Shown one piece after another: positions 1 through 13,429 of a stretch of DNA of 64,000 nucleotides. The notes beneath the pieces are model-generated. The model searched no databases and was not told the origin of the DNA. It worked only from the letters and a program-made list of their open reading frames with translations. A program made the position numbers and the translations under genes. The stretch spans positions 248,001 to 312,000 of the forward strand of contig NMRA01000101.1 of assembly GCA_002633005.1 (NCBI GenBank), read 5' to 3'. This DNA comes from Phoronis australis. Lineage: Eukaryota; Animalia; Phoronida. Each line of letters starts with the position of its first letter. Positions within the stretch are counted from its first letter, which is position 1.

Positions 1-57
1 ATAGAGTTCTCTGTATTAACACCATCTGTAGTTAATAATCTGTTTTGGCTATTTCAG

Positions 58-3000
58 GCCAGAATTGTTATCACTGGACTTGAGTCGGAATAACCTGTCT
101 GATTTAATGGAAGTAGTTAGAAAACTTGCCACGTTGCCAAAACTCAGGAATCTGGTCTTGCAAGGAAATCCACTATCTGTAAGTGCACTTTCTTATTATG
201 TACGTATCTGTGGGCTATTTATGAATGAAAAGCTGACAAATGTTTTATCATCAAAATGCACGTGTTGTAAAAGCCGGCCTCAAAGCAAGGCACATTTTGT
301 CTACCCAGAAGTTATTTTATGGTTTGTCTTAGAATAACGCTGGTATGAGTTAATTTTGCCCGAGTGCTTCATACATCTGTGTGTATGCAGATGCTTATAC
401 AATGCTTCGTCTTCACAAAATTCTGTCTGGAATTTGTGTGTCAGGGGTCAAGATCAATATTATACCAAAATGATACTTTCATTGCTTATGCAACTCTAGG
501 CCTCACCGAGAACGATTCATGTGCAACTATCTGCGTAACTGTTTGGTATTTGTGTTTAGCTTGTACCTGGGTACAGGGGTTTCACAGTGGACACTTTGAA
601 AGAACTGAGTTACCTGGACGATGTGGGAATTACCGCTGATGAACGCCACCATTTTAAGGGTTTAGCAAAGAAAAAAGGTATCGTCTCTTTCACCATCCTA
701 CTTGTGTGCTTTGGGTTTGTTCAATTATTTAAATAACATTGCTGGGATCTCATCTTGACAGAGGTTCAAAGACACGTGCAGTAAAGTCTGTGATATGTTG
801 GAGGCAATTTCCATTCATAGGAGTTGACATTTCTGATTTCAAATTTTCAAACTGAATCCAGTGGAGTTTGTTGATTGTTTTTGCATTTAGATTTAAAACT
901 GTGGTCAAGTTGATCCATTCTAGCTAGCAATTTTTGATGTGCCAGAATTATTGCCATGGCTTTATGATTGTTTTGATGCCGTGATATGTGTACTAGTTTT
1001 AGGTGTATGAAAGTCAGTGTAAACCATTTCATTCTGTTCATTTTTTTATCCTTATTTGTTTTAATTTGTGTGCTCTTACTAAATTATGTGTCATTAAACC
1101 TTTCTTTGAAAGATTAAGCTCTTTCCTATCAAATAATGGTAATAATAATACAAAATTCTTGCTCCATATGCCGCCATGCTCTGTAGTAATCAAACCTGTT
1201 GTAGAGGTGGTTAATAATGAGTGTATATTTATTTCAGAATACATCTTAGATGAGGCCAAGCTGGTGTTTAGAGTGGGATATATAAAAAATATAGTTATGC
1301 CCGAAGAGCTCAAGGTAAAGTATGTTTAATTAATGCTGTGGAAAGTTCAATGCATGACCTTGAAACAAATTGCTGTTCATCATTATTGTTTTTTTTTGTT
1401 TTTTTTAATGTTTATTACAAAAACTTCAGAATACAATGAATATATCATTATTGTGAGTGAGCACTTCATGTCATATCTCACTGCAAAATAGTGTGTTGAA
1501 CCACCTGTGGTTATAGGCATTGGAATCATTAATGCCTTTTGGAAAAATGATATTTTTTGATTTAAGGTTATCTAGGACTTTATCGACAAGTGTATGAATT
1601 TAGCTAAATACCCACAATGCCATACATTTTGGCTCTGTTAAAGTATGTATTTCTTGAGAGAAGATTGCTTGTAGAATATAATTCTTTACTTTATACCCAT
1701 CTGATATTAACTCAGACTTTTTAGTAAAACTTTGCCAAAAGGAAACTTAATAGTTACTTTCATAGCATAACAACGGTATCAATAACATGATTGAAGTTCA
1801 TTTGATGTGAATGTTCAAGATTAAATCTCAAGAACATGGTTACAGTTTTCTAAGTTATCATTTTGTTTTTGTTTCATTCAACTTTTGAGTTATCTATTAA
1901 TAAAAATAATAAAATTCCTATTTTTAATAGCCACCCATGCAAAAATGGAAGGTGTCAAAAACAATTTCTATCAGGAAGGGTTTTTAAGAACATTACATAA
2001 ACCCAGTATCAGAAACGTTCTGAATCCGATTTTAATAGCTGTTTTTAAGATAGAATGTTACAAAAGCTAATCTTTGACATTTTTGTACACCCTAGATAAT
2101 CTTAATTCGTCAATTCATAGAAATTAACTTATTTTAAGGTTTGCTTTGTGACTGCCTTATCAAAGTGGTTACATGTTATGACTGATTTTTAGCTTGTCTT
2201 AAATTGATTTTGTGCTTTGAGATTTTCTTCTGGAATTTTTAAAATTTATGCCATAGAATTATAATATTTTTATGATTCTATGTGGTATGTGGTAAAGCCA
2301 TGCCATTTTTGGATGGCCCGCTATTTTTAAACGAGATTTAATATTTCCAAAGTGAGTTTTCCATGGTCCACAAGAAGGGTACAAGGTCCAAAACTGTTTT
2401 TCAATGGTCCACGAATTTGGGACAAAGTCATAAATATGGGTTTTTTGTGCCTTATTTTGGAGAAGGAAAAAATGTGTTTTAAACACCAAATTCGAAATAA
2501 CGCAACAATGCCTGAGTGGTCAGTGGATGATGGTTACTCGGCTATGAGGCTTAACCTTGATGAGAATCGATATCACTGTTTGTGTAATTTTTACCTTTGT
2601 CTTAACGCTGATACGCCGTAACTAGACTCTTTCTTGAGTCTATCTTTCATTTAAATTGTGTTTCATGCTTTATCTAAGAAAAAAATCTCCGAGTCCCACG
2701 CAACACATTGATGTTGATTGTTGTATTGCAAAGTGTGGAGTAGTCTTTTGGCTGCTGCTTATTAACGACTTCTCACAATTTCAGTTTCCTGAGGAACAGC
2801 CAGAGTTTCCGCAAGTGACTAGAAATTACTACGCCCAGTTTAAGTTCATGAAGGACAACTCATCGAAGGCAGAAATATTTCAGATCACTTATGATGAATA
2901 TAGCCCTGATCATACTGAGAGGGCCATGAGCGAGGCATTATCCCACTCTGCACGATCTGATAAGGTAATTACAATGAACATATTTTGGTAGAATTAGCTG

Positions 3001-6000
3001 CAGTTTACAACTTCAATGGATATTTTTCGTCAGAATTGCTTATTTTGTCCAATTACTCCCTAAAAACACAATTGTACTTTCATTGTAAGATACTTTTTAC
3101 ATGTTGATTATAATGGAAAACCAGCATGAATTAGCTTCCTACCACTAAATGATTCTGACCCTAAGTTAAGACAGGTTTGCACCATAAGCAGATTTAGGAC
3201 ACGAGCAAAAGGCGCTGATGACATGTCATTTTTAAGAGACAAAATTTTTTTTTTCCTTTCACAATTCTATAATGGTGTCCCCTTTGTGTCAGTGTATATA
3301 GTGTGACAGTCCTGGTCAGTGGTCAGGATGTACAAATCAATTGTGCAGTGTTCACCCTATAACTCCAAACATTAGAGTTCAGTGGACACGCCTTCCAAAA
3401 TTGGTCCCATTTCAACTTCTTTGGGTCCATGAAAACAGTCCAGATATCTTTACCCTAGCAAAAAATTCCAATGAAAGTGTATATTGGGCAAAAATGTAAA
3501 GTCTGGTGGTATTTTTACTGATGGAAATATGCTAAGGTTACCATGAAATGAAACTGATGGTTTTGTTTTCAGTCAGTTTTATTTCTTGTAGGTTAATCAA
3601 CGTTGTGTCTTTGGCTTACTTGCATCAAATCGCACAAAAACACAGCCTCAGGCAAACACTCGATTGATTGTGTAATGTCAAGTTTACAAATCACAGTGAT
3701 GAACAGCTTTCAAACTTACAAATCACAGTGATGAACAGCTTTCAAACTGGTTGTTCAACCTAAGTTTGTACTATTTTACATACCACTAGTCGAAGTTAAG
3801 AAATTTGAAATACACAGAACTACATAACAATAGAAATAGTCAGGAATAGCCTTTTTGAAGATTATGTTTGTTGTGTGTCCTCAGGGAAGGTCCGTAGTCT
3901 CATCTGGTATTGATAACGGGATGGATGTGGAAAAGAATGTCAACTTTGCCAAAGAGACGGAAACTATAAAAGAGGTTGAACCTGATGAAATTCTCACAGG
4001 TAAGTATTTCTATACCGAAAAACATGTTTATCAGATCTAGAAACTATTAGCATTTGCCCAGAAGANTATTAAAAATAAATAAAAAATTATGGGTCATGGG
4101 TTGGAGAAATAAATGAAAAATATGGGCGGTGGGTATGAAATAAAAGTGCCTTCCCCCCCTCCCATACAGATTTTGCTGGAACAGCCCTAACAATAGAAAT
4201 AGTCAGGAATAGCCTTTTTTAAGATTATGTTTGTTGTGTGTCCTCAGGGTAGGTCCGTAGTCTCATCTGGTATTGATAACGGGATGGATGTGGAAAAGAA
4301 TGTCAACTTTGCCAAAGAGACGGAAACTATAAAAGAGGTTGAACCTGATGAAATTCTCACAGGTAAGTATTTCTATACCGAAAAACATGTTTATCAGATC
4401 TAGAAACTATTAGCATTTGCCCAGAAGAGTACTAAGGAGAGTGTTAAGATCTAGTCTTCGGGACAGCTAATTCTGTTTCATTTCAAATCACAATTAATTG
4501 CACAACAATAGGGCGTGTATGTACTACATTTTATTACTGTGCTGTTGTCAATTTAATTCTTTGCTTCTCACCTAAGGCGGCTGTAAACCTTTGTTTTGTA
4601 CAAGTTGCTCTTGTTTTGTCCTTAAACAATTTTAGCTGGATTATTGTTACTTTATGAAGTTAATATTTTAACAGAAGTGTTGCGGTGCATACGATTCAAC
4701 AAGAATTCAACTTTGACTTGTAGACAGAACACCAGAAGGAAAAGACCAAGTAGATAACGAAGAACATTCAGAGCGAATCCCTTGGGAGCTTACTGACATT
4801 AAATCGAGCAAAGGTAACTGGGCTGAGGAGCTGGTACTAGACTGGTCAATGCTTGTGGTCAGAGATGATCTACTCAAGCTGAGGGACTTTCTCATACAAG
4901 GAATGGAGGTGCAAGTGATGGAGGAGAAGGTAGGTACCACCATGTTGATTGCATTCATGGTTAAAGGCTGGTAAAGGGGTATATGGTAAAGTTTCCTAAA
5001 ATTCGAACAAAAATAATTGCCAACAATATAAATGTTCCATTTTTCTAAAGCTTAATGCCGTCAGGTGGTAAAATTCTCAAAATTTCATGTTTATTGATAA
5101 CAGTTGTACAATCATGTCAAGTGGGCAAACAAAAAAGTAAAATTTTCTTCCTGTTTAATTTCAATTGGTGAAAATTTTGATAAATGTGAATTTCCATTGA
5201 TTTGCCATTGATATTGTGTCCTAAATTGAAGAAGTTATACTGACAAAAAACTCTTATTTGTATTTCAAACTCATGAGTAATCAAACATGTCACCAGTGAA
5301 TTGTGGTATAACAAATAAGCTTCAAGTTACTACTAATTCATAATTTCTTGAAAAACCTGACGGTCTTCAGACAAAAATGAAAGTAGAACTGAATTAATTC
5401 CAAATGGGAAACAGTAAGACAGTAACACTGCAGAGAAACAACCAATGATGGTTAAAAAAAGCTCAATTCTTGCACTGCAAATAATGGAAAGTGATATAAA
5501 GTGGTGTTGGTAATAAAACCTTACTTGAGAATTTCATGCTTTCAGTCAAATTTGCTGTGACATTCTACATTTTGCACTAACACAGTTACAACATCAAGGA
5601 AATCAAACAAAAGTTGATGTTTTTGGCAATTGAAAGCATGATGTCTTAATTTCTGTATTTCACTCGCTGGACTAATTTCTTTTATTTTACTTAATCTGTT
5701 AAAGATCTTGGCGTATCCTAAAGAAGACTTTGCCAACCCAGATGGTACGAGTCCAGCTGGCTCTCAACGCTCTGGCAAAGGTGACAAGAAGGAAAAAGGG
5801 AAGAAGGACGACAAAGCTAAGGTGTGTTGTATAGTCCTCACTTGGCACATAATACATTCGACTAATACCTAGTGACCTTTCAGGTGCTCAAAAATCTGCA
5901 ACTTCAAAGTGTGTTATCAAAGTAAAACAGGTTTGATACAGTTAATCACAGCCCGTAAGACCACTAGAAGACTAAAGTGTTATCGTGTCTTTACATCTGA

Positions 6001-9000
6001 TTCAGAACTTGAAGTATTTTTTTCTGATGGATGTTAAATCACAACAAAACGAGCTGGCCATCGAAACCAATTCACGTGCCATCATAATAGTAACATTAGC
6101 TGTGCTCAGGGCTGTGCACACCACACGACGATGTTCTTTACATCTTGTGTCGATGACATTGTGTGCTCCTGCATTTTTAGTCAATCTTGCAAAATATGAT
6201 TATAAATGAAATCGCAGTGGCCAAAAACTAGAAGAGGCAGCACTTGGTCACTCATTTCTATGCGTAGTATGTACTATGTTAAATATTTCCATACTAGATT
6301 GTTTGCGGATATATGAGCCACTATTTAATAAGCTCTACTGACAGTTTAGTTAATGCTTGAAACTAATTATAATAATAAGTTATGTTGTGTAATTAACCCA
6401 TTAACAGCTAACTGTCTAGCATGGTCCTCTGGTTTTGAAACCCAAGTGTGTGTTTTACTGTACTGGAGTTTAACCTGAGAACTTATTTGCAGATGTGAAC
6501 AATTGAGCAATCATTCGTACATTGTCAATACAATGTGTATCTAGTGACTGTGAGGAACTCTTATCAATTAGCAACGTTTGTAGTTGTTTGGCAAAGTGAT
6601 TACTAGAAAGTTGTTTGACATATTAAACATCAATAGCGTCAACATCGCTCGACAAGCAGACGCCGATCTCAGTCCCGAAACCGATCGCAGAGTCGAAGTC
6701 ATTCTAGAGGCAGACAGCGCAAACCCAGCAATGCTCAGAAAAGAACCTCTTCCAAGACCCCTGAACGACAGTCTGCAAGGGATCGAAGTTCGTCTAGGGG
6801 TCGGAGTTTGTCCAGAGGTCGAAGTTCAAATGGCAAAATGTCCAGTCAAAGTTCAGCCAAGGTAGTCTCTTACGATGGTGGTGGTGGTGGAGTGATGCTG
6901 TGTTTCTACACTATATTTTAGTTTCAGTTTGTTTTCACATTATATCCAAGTTATGAGTATGTGTAGGTAAAACCATGCATCACAGAGTAGTGAACTTGGA
7001 ATAGAAAGTTGACACAGCTATTTGCAGTGTAAACGTTACTTATTGTATTTACTTATTGTGCACATTACATATATTAGAATAGAATATTATTTATTCCAGA
7101 CTCCCAGTAGAGAGCACTGATTTCCATGTGTGAGGTACAAATAAAATACACCAATCAAGGTTCTGTAATCTTGCAGCCGAGAAATTAATATTAATCTGTG
7201 TAAAAACTACACAACTGGGAAAAATCTAGAAAGTGGTCAAACACTACTGACGAGTAATTTGTAAGCTGATGCATGTTCCTGGGATTTGATATTGTTTCTT
7301 TTGTTTGTATTTTATGCATGCCATAGTTTGACCAATATTATTTCTTGTGGTAGATGTGTTGCTCGTGGTTCAAAACGTTCATGTAATTCTCAAGAACTTG
7401 GAGGTTGATTATAACATTATCATTTTGGTCTTAAATGCGTGTTCTATATGCTTAGTTGATAAGGTTAAAATGTTTCAAGTGGTGTCAGAGTTCAAATGTT
7501 TTGATAAAATTTTTGCCTTATGTCCCTGCTTGGTTGAAAAGTGTAAGTTTCATGTGAAAAGTGCGAATATCCTTCAAAAGTAAACAAAACCAAGATGAAG
7601 TCTTAAGATAAAAACTTGTATTTGTTGTCACAAGAACAGGAGGAGCACTGGAGAGAGCTTGAATAATGTTGAATGGAGATGTGTAGAGCATAATTGCTCC
7701 ATCATCATGAAAACATAATTTGAACTCTGTTACTTAATATCGGAATGCAGACCAGTGGATAGTTCATAAATACGTTACAAGGAAATTTAAGTCATTTCAA
7801 TTGATTTGTGAATTCTTAACTCAAGGCACTGAATAACTGTCTATTTTTCTTACTAACTATCACCATCATTATTTAATATTTATTGTTACTGAATTTATCA
7901 TTGTTAAACGGACAATGAACCTGAACGTTCTGTCAAAAAGTGACTTTTGATTTAGGTCTATTGCCATTATAAAAGCAGTCTCTCCTTGTCCTTTAGTGAG
8001 ACTACAAAGTGTGTATGGGCTGAAGAAGAACTGACGGACTGTTATTGCTTTAAACCAAGGCTGTGAAGTTTGCTTGTCACAGCGGCCTATTTTTCGTTGC
8101 CCAAGCAGTATAGCCCTCAGAGGAGTTCCATGCATTTCATTACAACTAATTTTAATTCATAGAAAAGATAACAGCATGACGACAGTGCTGTGGAAGAGCA
8201 AATATGTCTGTGATGAAGATTTGACAGTAGGACGTTGTTTATAGTCAGTTTAACACTTTGATATGCATACACAGCTGTGCACTATCGGGGCTAACACCAG
8301 TCTTTAGTGGATTAGTTCCTGGAATGTAGTGCCAGTAATGAATTGTCATGTTAACTGCATTACTCTGTTACAGGATGACAAAGGTAAGAAAGACGGCAAA
8401 GGCAAGGGTAAGAAGAAAGAGCCTGAAGTTGAGATGCATTACATGCCAGCCGAGCTGACTTGTCTGGCAACGTTCCATATCCCGCTCGAAGACTTCCTGC
8501 ATGGCGAGTACATATTCGAGAATGTTTTCGTCGAACCAACAGAGAATGCCACGTACGCAGCTTCTCCAGTGTCTATAGTCAAGGTGGGTTGTTAGAGACA
8601 CAGTAGGAGACTTTTGAGAGTCGGTGGGGATTGTTCGTAGGATTACATTGACTAGTGCTGCCACCTGGCTGATGGTAGAGTATGCCCATGCTTCAATTAT
8701 GTTTTCAGCGTGCCATAGAAGACTTATCTTGTCAACAATGTGTCCTTACATCCCTTACTGTGACGTAGATGTGCCACCATGTGGAGTCGTTGGTTGCAGA
8801 GAACCAATGGTCATTGTCCATGAACATCTATTGTTGAAAGAGAGCATTTTGGCTGTTAGGTGGGCGTGTAAGATTAAAGATCGTGAAGCTGAATTTTGTC
8901 ACAGTGTGTCAGCAAAGTGTCAAGTCTTCAGTAGGTGTACAGTTAATGAAGAGTTCAATGTATTCAGAACATTTCAGGTGTTGGTCAATAATGAAACCGG

Positions 9001-12000
9001 GGGTGGGGAAAATGGTGGGTGGGCTTGAATGACAGTAATATCACAACAGCATGTTGTAGGATGATACCGAACTCAAAGACATATTTTCTAATCCATTCTA
9101 CATTTGTGCTGCAAAGTGGGATCCTTTGGAGTCAATGAGATACTGAGAAATGATGCCACTCACCCTGCTTGTAAACCGTCTCTAGTTAAATGGTTTATTC
9201 TGTAATATTTATGAGCTGTTAACACTTACTAGCTGTGTCTTACTGCTTCACACAGCGAAAAAGCCGTAAAAGCAAACTGAACATCAGAAAGAGCAAAAGC
9301 ATGAAAAAAGTATGGTCGTATGGTTGAGTGACTCACTGAACGTTATTATTTAATAATTTATTAGTGTTCCGTTTTATTTGATGTTTAAATTTAAGTTTCT
9401 ATCACTGTATGGCACTATCTGCATGACATTGTATGAACTCTGGTGAGTTTGTTTAGTTGGTTAATGTGTGCTCATGATGGATTGTAATCTTCCTAATAAG
9501 TACCCATCCAACACTTGGCGTGACTACACGTCATTTTCTCTCGTATCGTGTTGCAAAGTTGCACTTTACAGCAAGGATGCATTGTTGAGAATTTCAAAAA
9601 AATAACACTTGAGATATTTGTATTAAATTGTATTAAAGAATAGCAGAGTTTACCAATAAGCACAACGTCCCTTTCAATCAATATGTTGTGGGACTTATTA
9701 GCAGGAATGAAGTGTGTTTGTCTATGATTCATTTTAAATTGAGGTAAAGTGGTTACAAACCTGTGTTCCATCAAAGGAGTGATTGATGATTTGGGCCATT
9801 TTCTTAGCAGCTGAATTATTGGTTTCAACTTGCTCCTAACTCAGATAAGGAGTGATTTGTGGGCTTGTAAGGAGCTGACAGTTCTTTGTCGCTTGAGACC
9901 GTGGCGGGCACACAAATGACGGGCTGTGGCGTGACAAAAAGTTTTATAGCCTGCTCTCTAGCGGTAATGTATTGTCACCTCTTTCAAAGTACCAAAATTG
10001 CCTCTGAACAATTTGTGACCTATTACATAATGGCAAATGGTCTAAATCAGAAGTTGACTTTTGTGATGGAGAATGGCTTTATGGTCACTTTTTAAAAGTC
10101 TCTCTTTGATAGTGAGAGTGGTCAGTCTATGTAAGTATTTTCAATTGTTTTCAAATTCTTCTTAATTCTTGAACCTAATGCAAAATCTTATAAGGCTGTA
10201 ACAATGCTATAAGTTCATCATTAGGGATACAGGAGACGATGCGTCATTTATTGGGGCAGAATTCTGTGAGTCCAAAGAAACAGAGTTGGTTCTGGTTTGT
10301 TCCCCGGCTCATTTTGAGACCTGTGTTCACTAGTTATAACAAGGGCTCTTCTACATCGATTTCTACTAGACCAGAACCAACTATACTTTTTGGCCTCGTG
10401 GATACTTATTTCAAGGATGTTTGTGAGCATTAAACTTGGTTAAAAATTTTATAGTGTCTTTTTACTACAACCAAAATTTTACTTTGTGAACCTTCATAAT
10501 GTTGTGTACCCATAGTATGGGAATCCTCAGTTTGTGGTCTTGCAAAAGATCTTTTCTTATTGAATGTTCAACTTAAAGTGCTTATTTCAGCCAAAGTGTG
10601 ATCATGATCTAGTAACCAGGTGAAAATTAAAATTACTTTTTATTTTGTTTCCTTTTCCCCACCAACTGTAATATTTTGAAAACTGACTAATGTATGTGCC
10701 CCAACAATGGAAATGGGATGATATTTATTTTTTATCTTTTGACTAAACCATGAGTGAGGGGAAACTAGTGTCGGTGTTTTGTCCATTGTCATGTGTGTTT
10801 AGTGCATTGTCATGTTGTCGTGTGTGTTTGTTCTCGTATCAACATTCAGCTCTTGTTTTGTACACATTTCAGTCTGATGACAAAGGAAAGAAACGAGAAA
10901 AATCTGCTGAGAAAAAAGACAAAGACAAAAAAGGTTTGAAAAGTTGCATTCTGAAATTATTAAGATGTCAGTTTCAGTTGTATGTTATGGGCTAGCTTAT
11001 GTTTTGGCCATTTGATTTTCAGTGCAGAGTGATAATTAAAATTAAAAGAAAACGACGGTTGCCTATTTTTCCAAGATCTTGTTTTCAATGTACACTGAAT
11101 GTCTTGTGCACTTAAATCATCTCTTTTCTTTGTTCAATGCATTTTAGTTTTTTTGGAAATATCCCATTGTTTGTAATGTATGAGTATTTTCACAGACTGA
11201 GATATTTGGTACAGTTTACTGTGTAAATTCCATGAATCCTCACAGTTTAACTATCTCATACACATTGATCTGATCACCCATATGTCATTTCATTTCTGAC
11301 ACCAGTTTTATCTGTTACAGAATTATTTGTTTCTTAACTCTGCATTTGATTTGGTGTTTGTTTTTTTGCAGAAAGGAACAAAAGCCCAAAGGGGAAAGAA
11401 AAAGATGCCAAGGGAGATAAGTCAAAAGCTGGTAACAAAGAAGCCAAAAAAGACCAGGTAAGTGGTGGTAAAACATTGTAATATTGTGTAGTATTTAAGT
11501 ACTTAAGACAGAGGTTTACATGTAGCAGACATTATGGTCATCTTTTATTAGTTTCTTCTACTGTCAAATGATTTTTAAAAACTTAACATTACTAGGCATC
11601 AGAGGCCAAAGGCAATGTTTGGTTAGGGTTTGTGGTTTTGAAATTTGATTTTAGTGATTTGATATTTTTATTTAAAGAATCACCTGATGTCAACTAAAGT
11701 GGTTTGCCAGCATCCTGGATTGGAAATTGGCCGGGTGCATGAATATTTTTGACTTTCTCAGACTGTGTAACAAGTGGTCAGTTTTGTTGCTGACACCTGG
11801 CTCATGTAGTCAATAATCTCCCAGCCATCAACTGACTGTTGCCTTGTATGACCATTTTTACCAAGAAAGCCTTCAGAATAATGCTGGAAGCTTTTTACTC
11901 ACCACTACTAATGATCTGACAATAGCGTGCACACTCTTACCACTGTGTACCCTTCTTGTATATCAGGGATGGTAAATCATGTTTTGCTTTCTCCTTCGTA

Positions 12001-12584
12001 GCTCAATTGTGACTTTTATGGACTGCAACATTATTGGTCATGGCATCCATGTTTTTGAATGAGGACATTGAAGCCCATTGAATGATTAATTAGCATAGTT
12101 TATGTAAAAGTAACTGTTACTAAATGATGTTGTTTCAGTAAAGTATGAAATAAAGTAATCCGCCACTTATCTAACTTTCTTTTGCTACAAGACCATGACT
12201 GATAGTGAAGTACCCCTGAGAAACCCATAGGAATGCATGGTTATTGGGAGTCGTAATGTTAGATGTGTTGGGAGCCGTTTGTTCTATTAGACTTTTCGTA
12301 GTCACATAAGGCAGTGATGATGGCCGAGCCGACTTGTAGTTACAATAAAAACTTAGTCGGGCACAGAGCAGGGCCAAATTTATGCGTTTTTGGTCTAATG
12401 CTTCTAATTTAAATGAAAAATAATTTTTGTAATTTAACAGATAGAGGTCACTGGTGAAGAGGAAGACCTGCCACCACCGCCGCTTGAACTCAAGGTCAGT
12501 GTAGAACTACAGCATTGGACTACGGCCCATGACGCACTACGGCGAGACGAGGATGAGAGTGAGGCAAGGGGGGCATCTCCATGA
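58..12584 (+). CDS. LRRC43: Leucine-rich repeat-containing protein 43-like, 3' portion (5' exons lie upstream of the window)
   Basis: GT-AG exons in consistent phase: 58-178, 560-677, 1238-1314, 2785-2964, 3885-3999 (duplicated at 4248-4362), 4724-4929, 5705-5821, [6637-6861], 8374-8583, [9256-9309], 10873-10933, 11372-11457, 12441-12584 (TGA). Translation has an LRR and LRRcap (LSLDLSRNNL...LRNLVLQGNPLSLVPGYRGFTVDTL..LDD), then RDDLLKLRDFL..G.EV.V.EEKILAYP, Lys/Asp-rich tracts and terminal PPPLELKVSVELQHW, which resemble LRRC43 as I recall it. Confidence 0.85.
3684..3748. repeat. 32-bp tandem duplication
   Basis: ttacaaatcacagtgatgaacagctttcaaac x2. Confidence 0.85.
3826..4428. repeat. About 240-bp direct duplication containing an LRRC43 exon, separated by a single-N gap (4066) and a transposon-like end
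   Basis: 3826-4065 and about 4189-4428 are near identical (offset 363), with two visible substitutions. Confidence 0.9.
6637..6861 (+). CDS. Candidate 225-nt Arg/Ser-rich cassette exon of LRRC43
   Basis: caatag|CGT...AAG|gtagtc, 75 open codons, phase 0-0: RQHRSTSRRRSQSRNRSQSRSHSRGRQRKPSNAQKRTSSKTPERQSARDRSSSRGRSLSRGRSSNGKMSSQSSAK. More GC/CpG-rich than the flanking intron. Confidence 0.65.
9256..9309 (+). CDS. Candidate 54-nt basic cassette micro-exon of LRRC43
   Basis: cacacag|CGA...AAA|gtatgg, 18 codons RKSRKSKLNIRKSKSMKK, phase 0-0 between phase-0 neighbouring exons. Confidence 0.5.
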
Positions 12585-13198
12585 ATTAGATACAAGGGAA
12601 GATGATGATGGGGATAAGCACTCAATTTCCCCTTTCATCGTCTAGAAACTATCTAGCTCTGCAAGTGGTCATAACAGTTCACTATTGACAGCAACTTTTA
12701 TGCAATAACTTCTATGTTCAGTTTAGTTTACTTGTAACAAGTTGTGTTGCAACTAAGGGATAGGGTAGACAGACGCATAAAACCTTTTTGTCGTCATACT
12801 CCCTGATTTTACTTTAATATTGAATTAATGATACAGTGACTTTCTCTTTTAAAAAGTTGACAATTTTTATACACTACAGATTTTATTTTTTTTTTCTCAC
12901 CAAGTCGATAACCTTAGGCTTGTCAATATATGGCATCTTTGACTTACATAATGTGTGTCTGGAGTTAAATAACCAGGTAATTTCATTTGATGAAATAGAG
13001 TTCTGTTACTAATATGAACACTTCACAAAATGAATTTTGGCCTCTGACATTGTGTGAACTTTGCCATCATATCCCTTGTCAATGACCGTGTAGTCTTTGT
13101 CTGGCCTACTAAATATTGTAACAAACTTTAGCACATCTGAGGTAACGTAGTCATACAGAATTATTGACTTCTTTGTGTATCTGTGATATTATTTACAA

Positions 13199-13204
13199 AA
13201 TAAA
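13199..13204 (+). terminator. Candidate polyadenylation signal of LRRC43
   Basis: AATAAA about 615 nt after the stop, followed by T-rich sequence. A second AATAAA is at 13297-13302. Confidence 0.4.
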
Positions 13205-13423
13205 ATGTTCCATTTACAGTAAATACACTTATTTTTGTTTGATATGGTATTTTCGTTTCATCTACTTGCAAGTGTAAAAGTGGTCATTCAAGGTGCAATA
13301 AAGACGCACCTTTTGTAAAAAAACAACTTGATTTAGGTCATATCGTTTGTTATTCAGGGTAGAAGAGATTCAGAGGCTTGAGAACAATTGACAGTCATTA
13401 CTGCTTCAGACTAGGCCAAGGAT

Positions 13424-13429
13424 TTTATT
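13424..13429 (-). terminator. Candidate polyadenylation signal of EDC4
   Basis: tttatt on + (AATAAA on -), about 1.7 kb downstream of the EDC4 stop. Confidence 0.35.

Noticed and set aside
678-690. LRRC43 donor GTATCGTC as a second U12 intron
   Set aside because: It departs from GTATCCT, and there is no CCTTAAC near the acceptor at 1237.
6584-6865. ORF-track translation MFGKVITRK...
   Set aside because: Wrong frame. The splice-compatible frame is the RS-rich one reported above.
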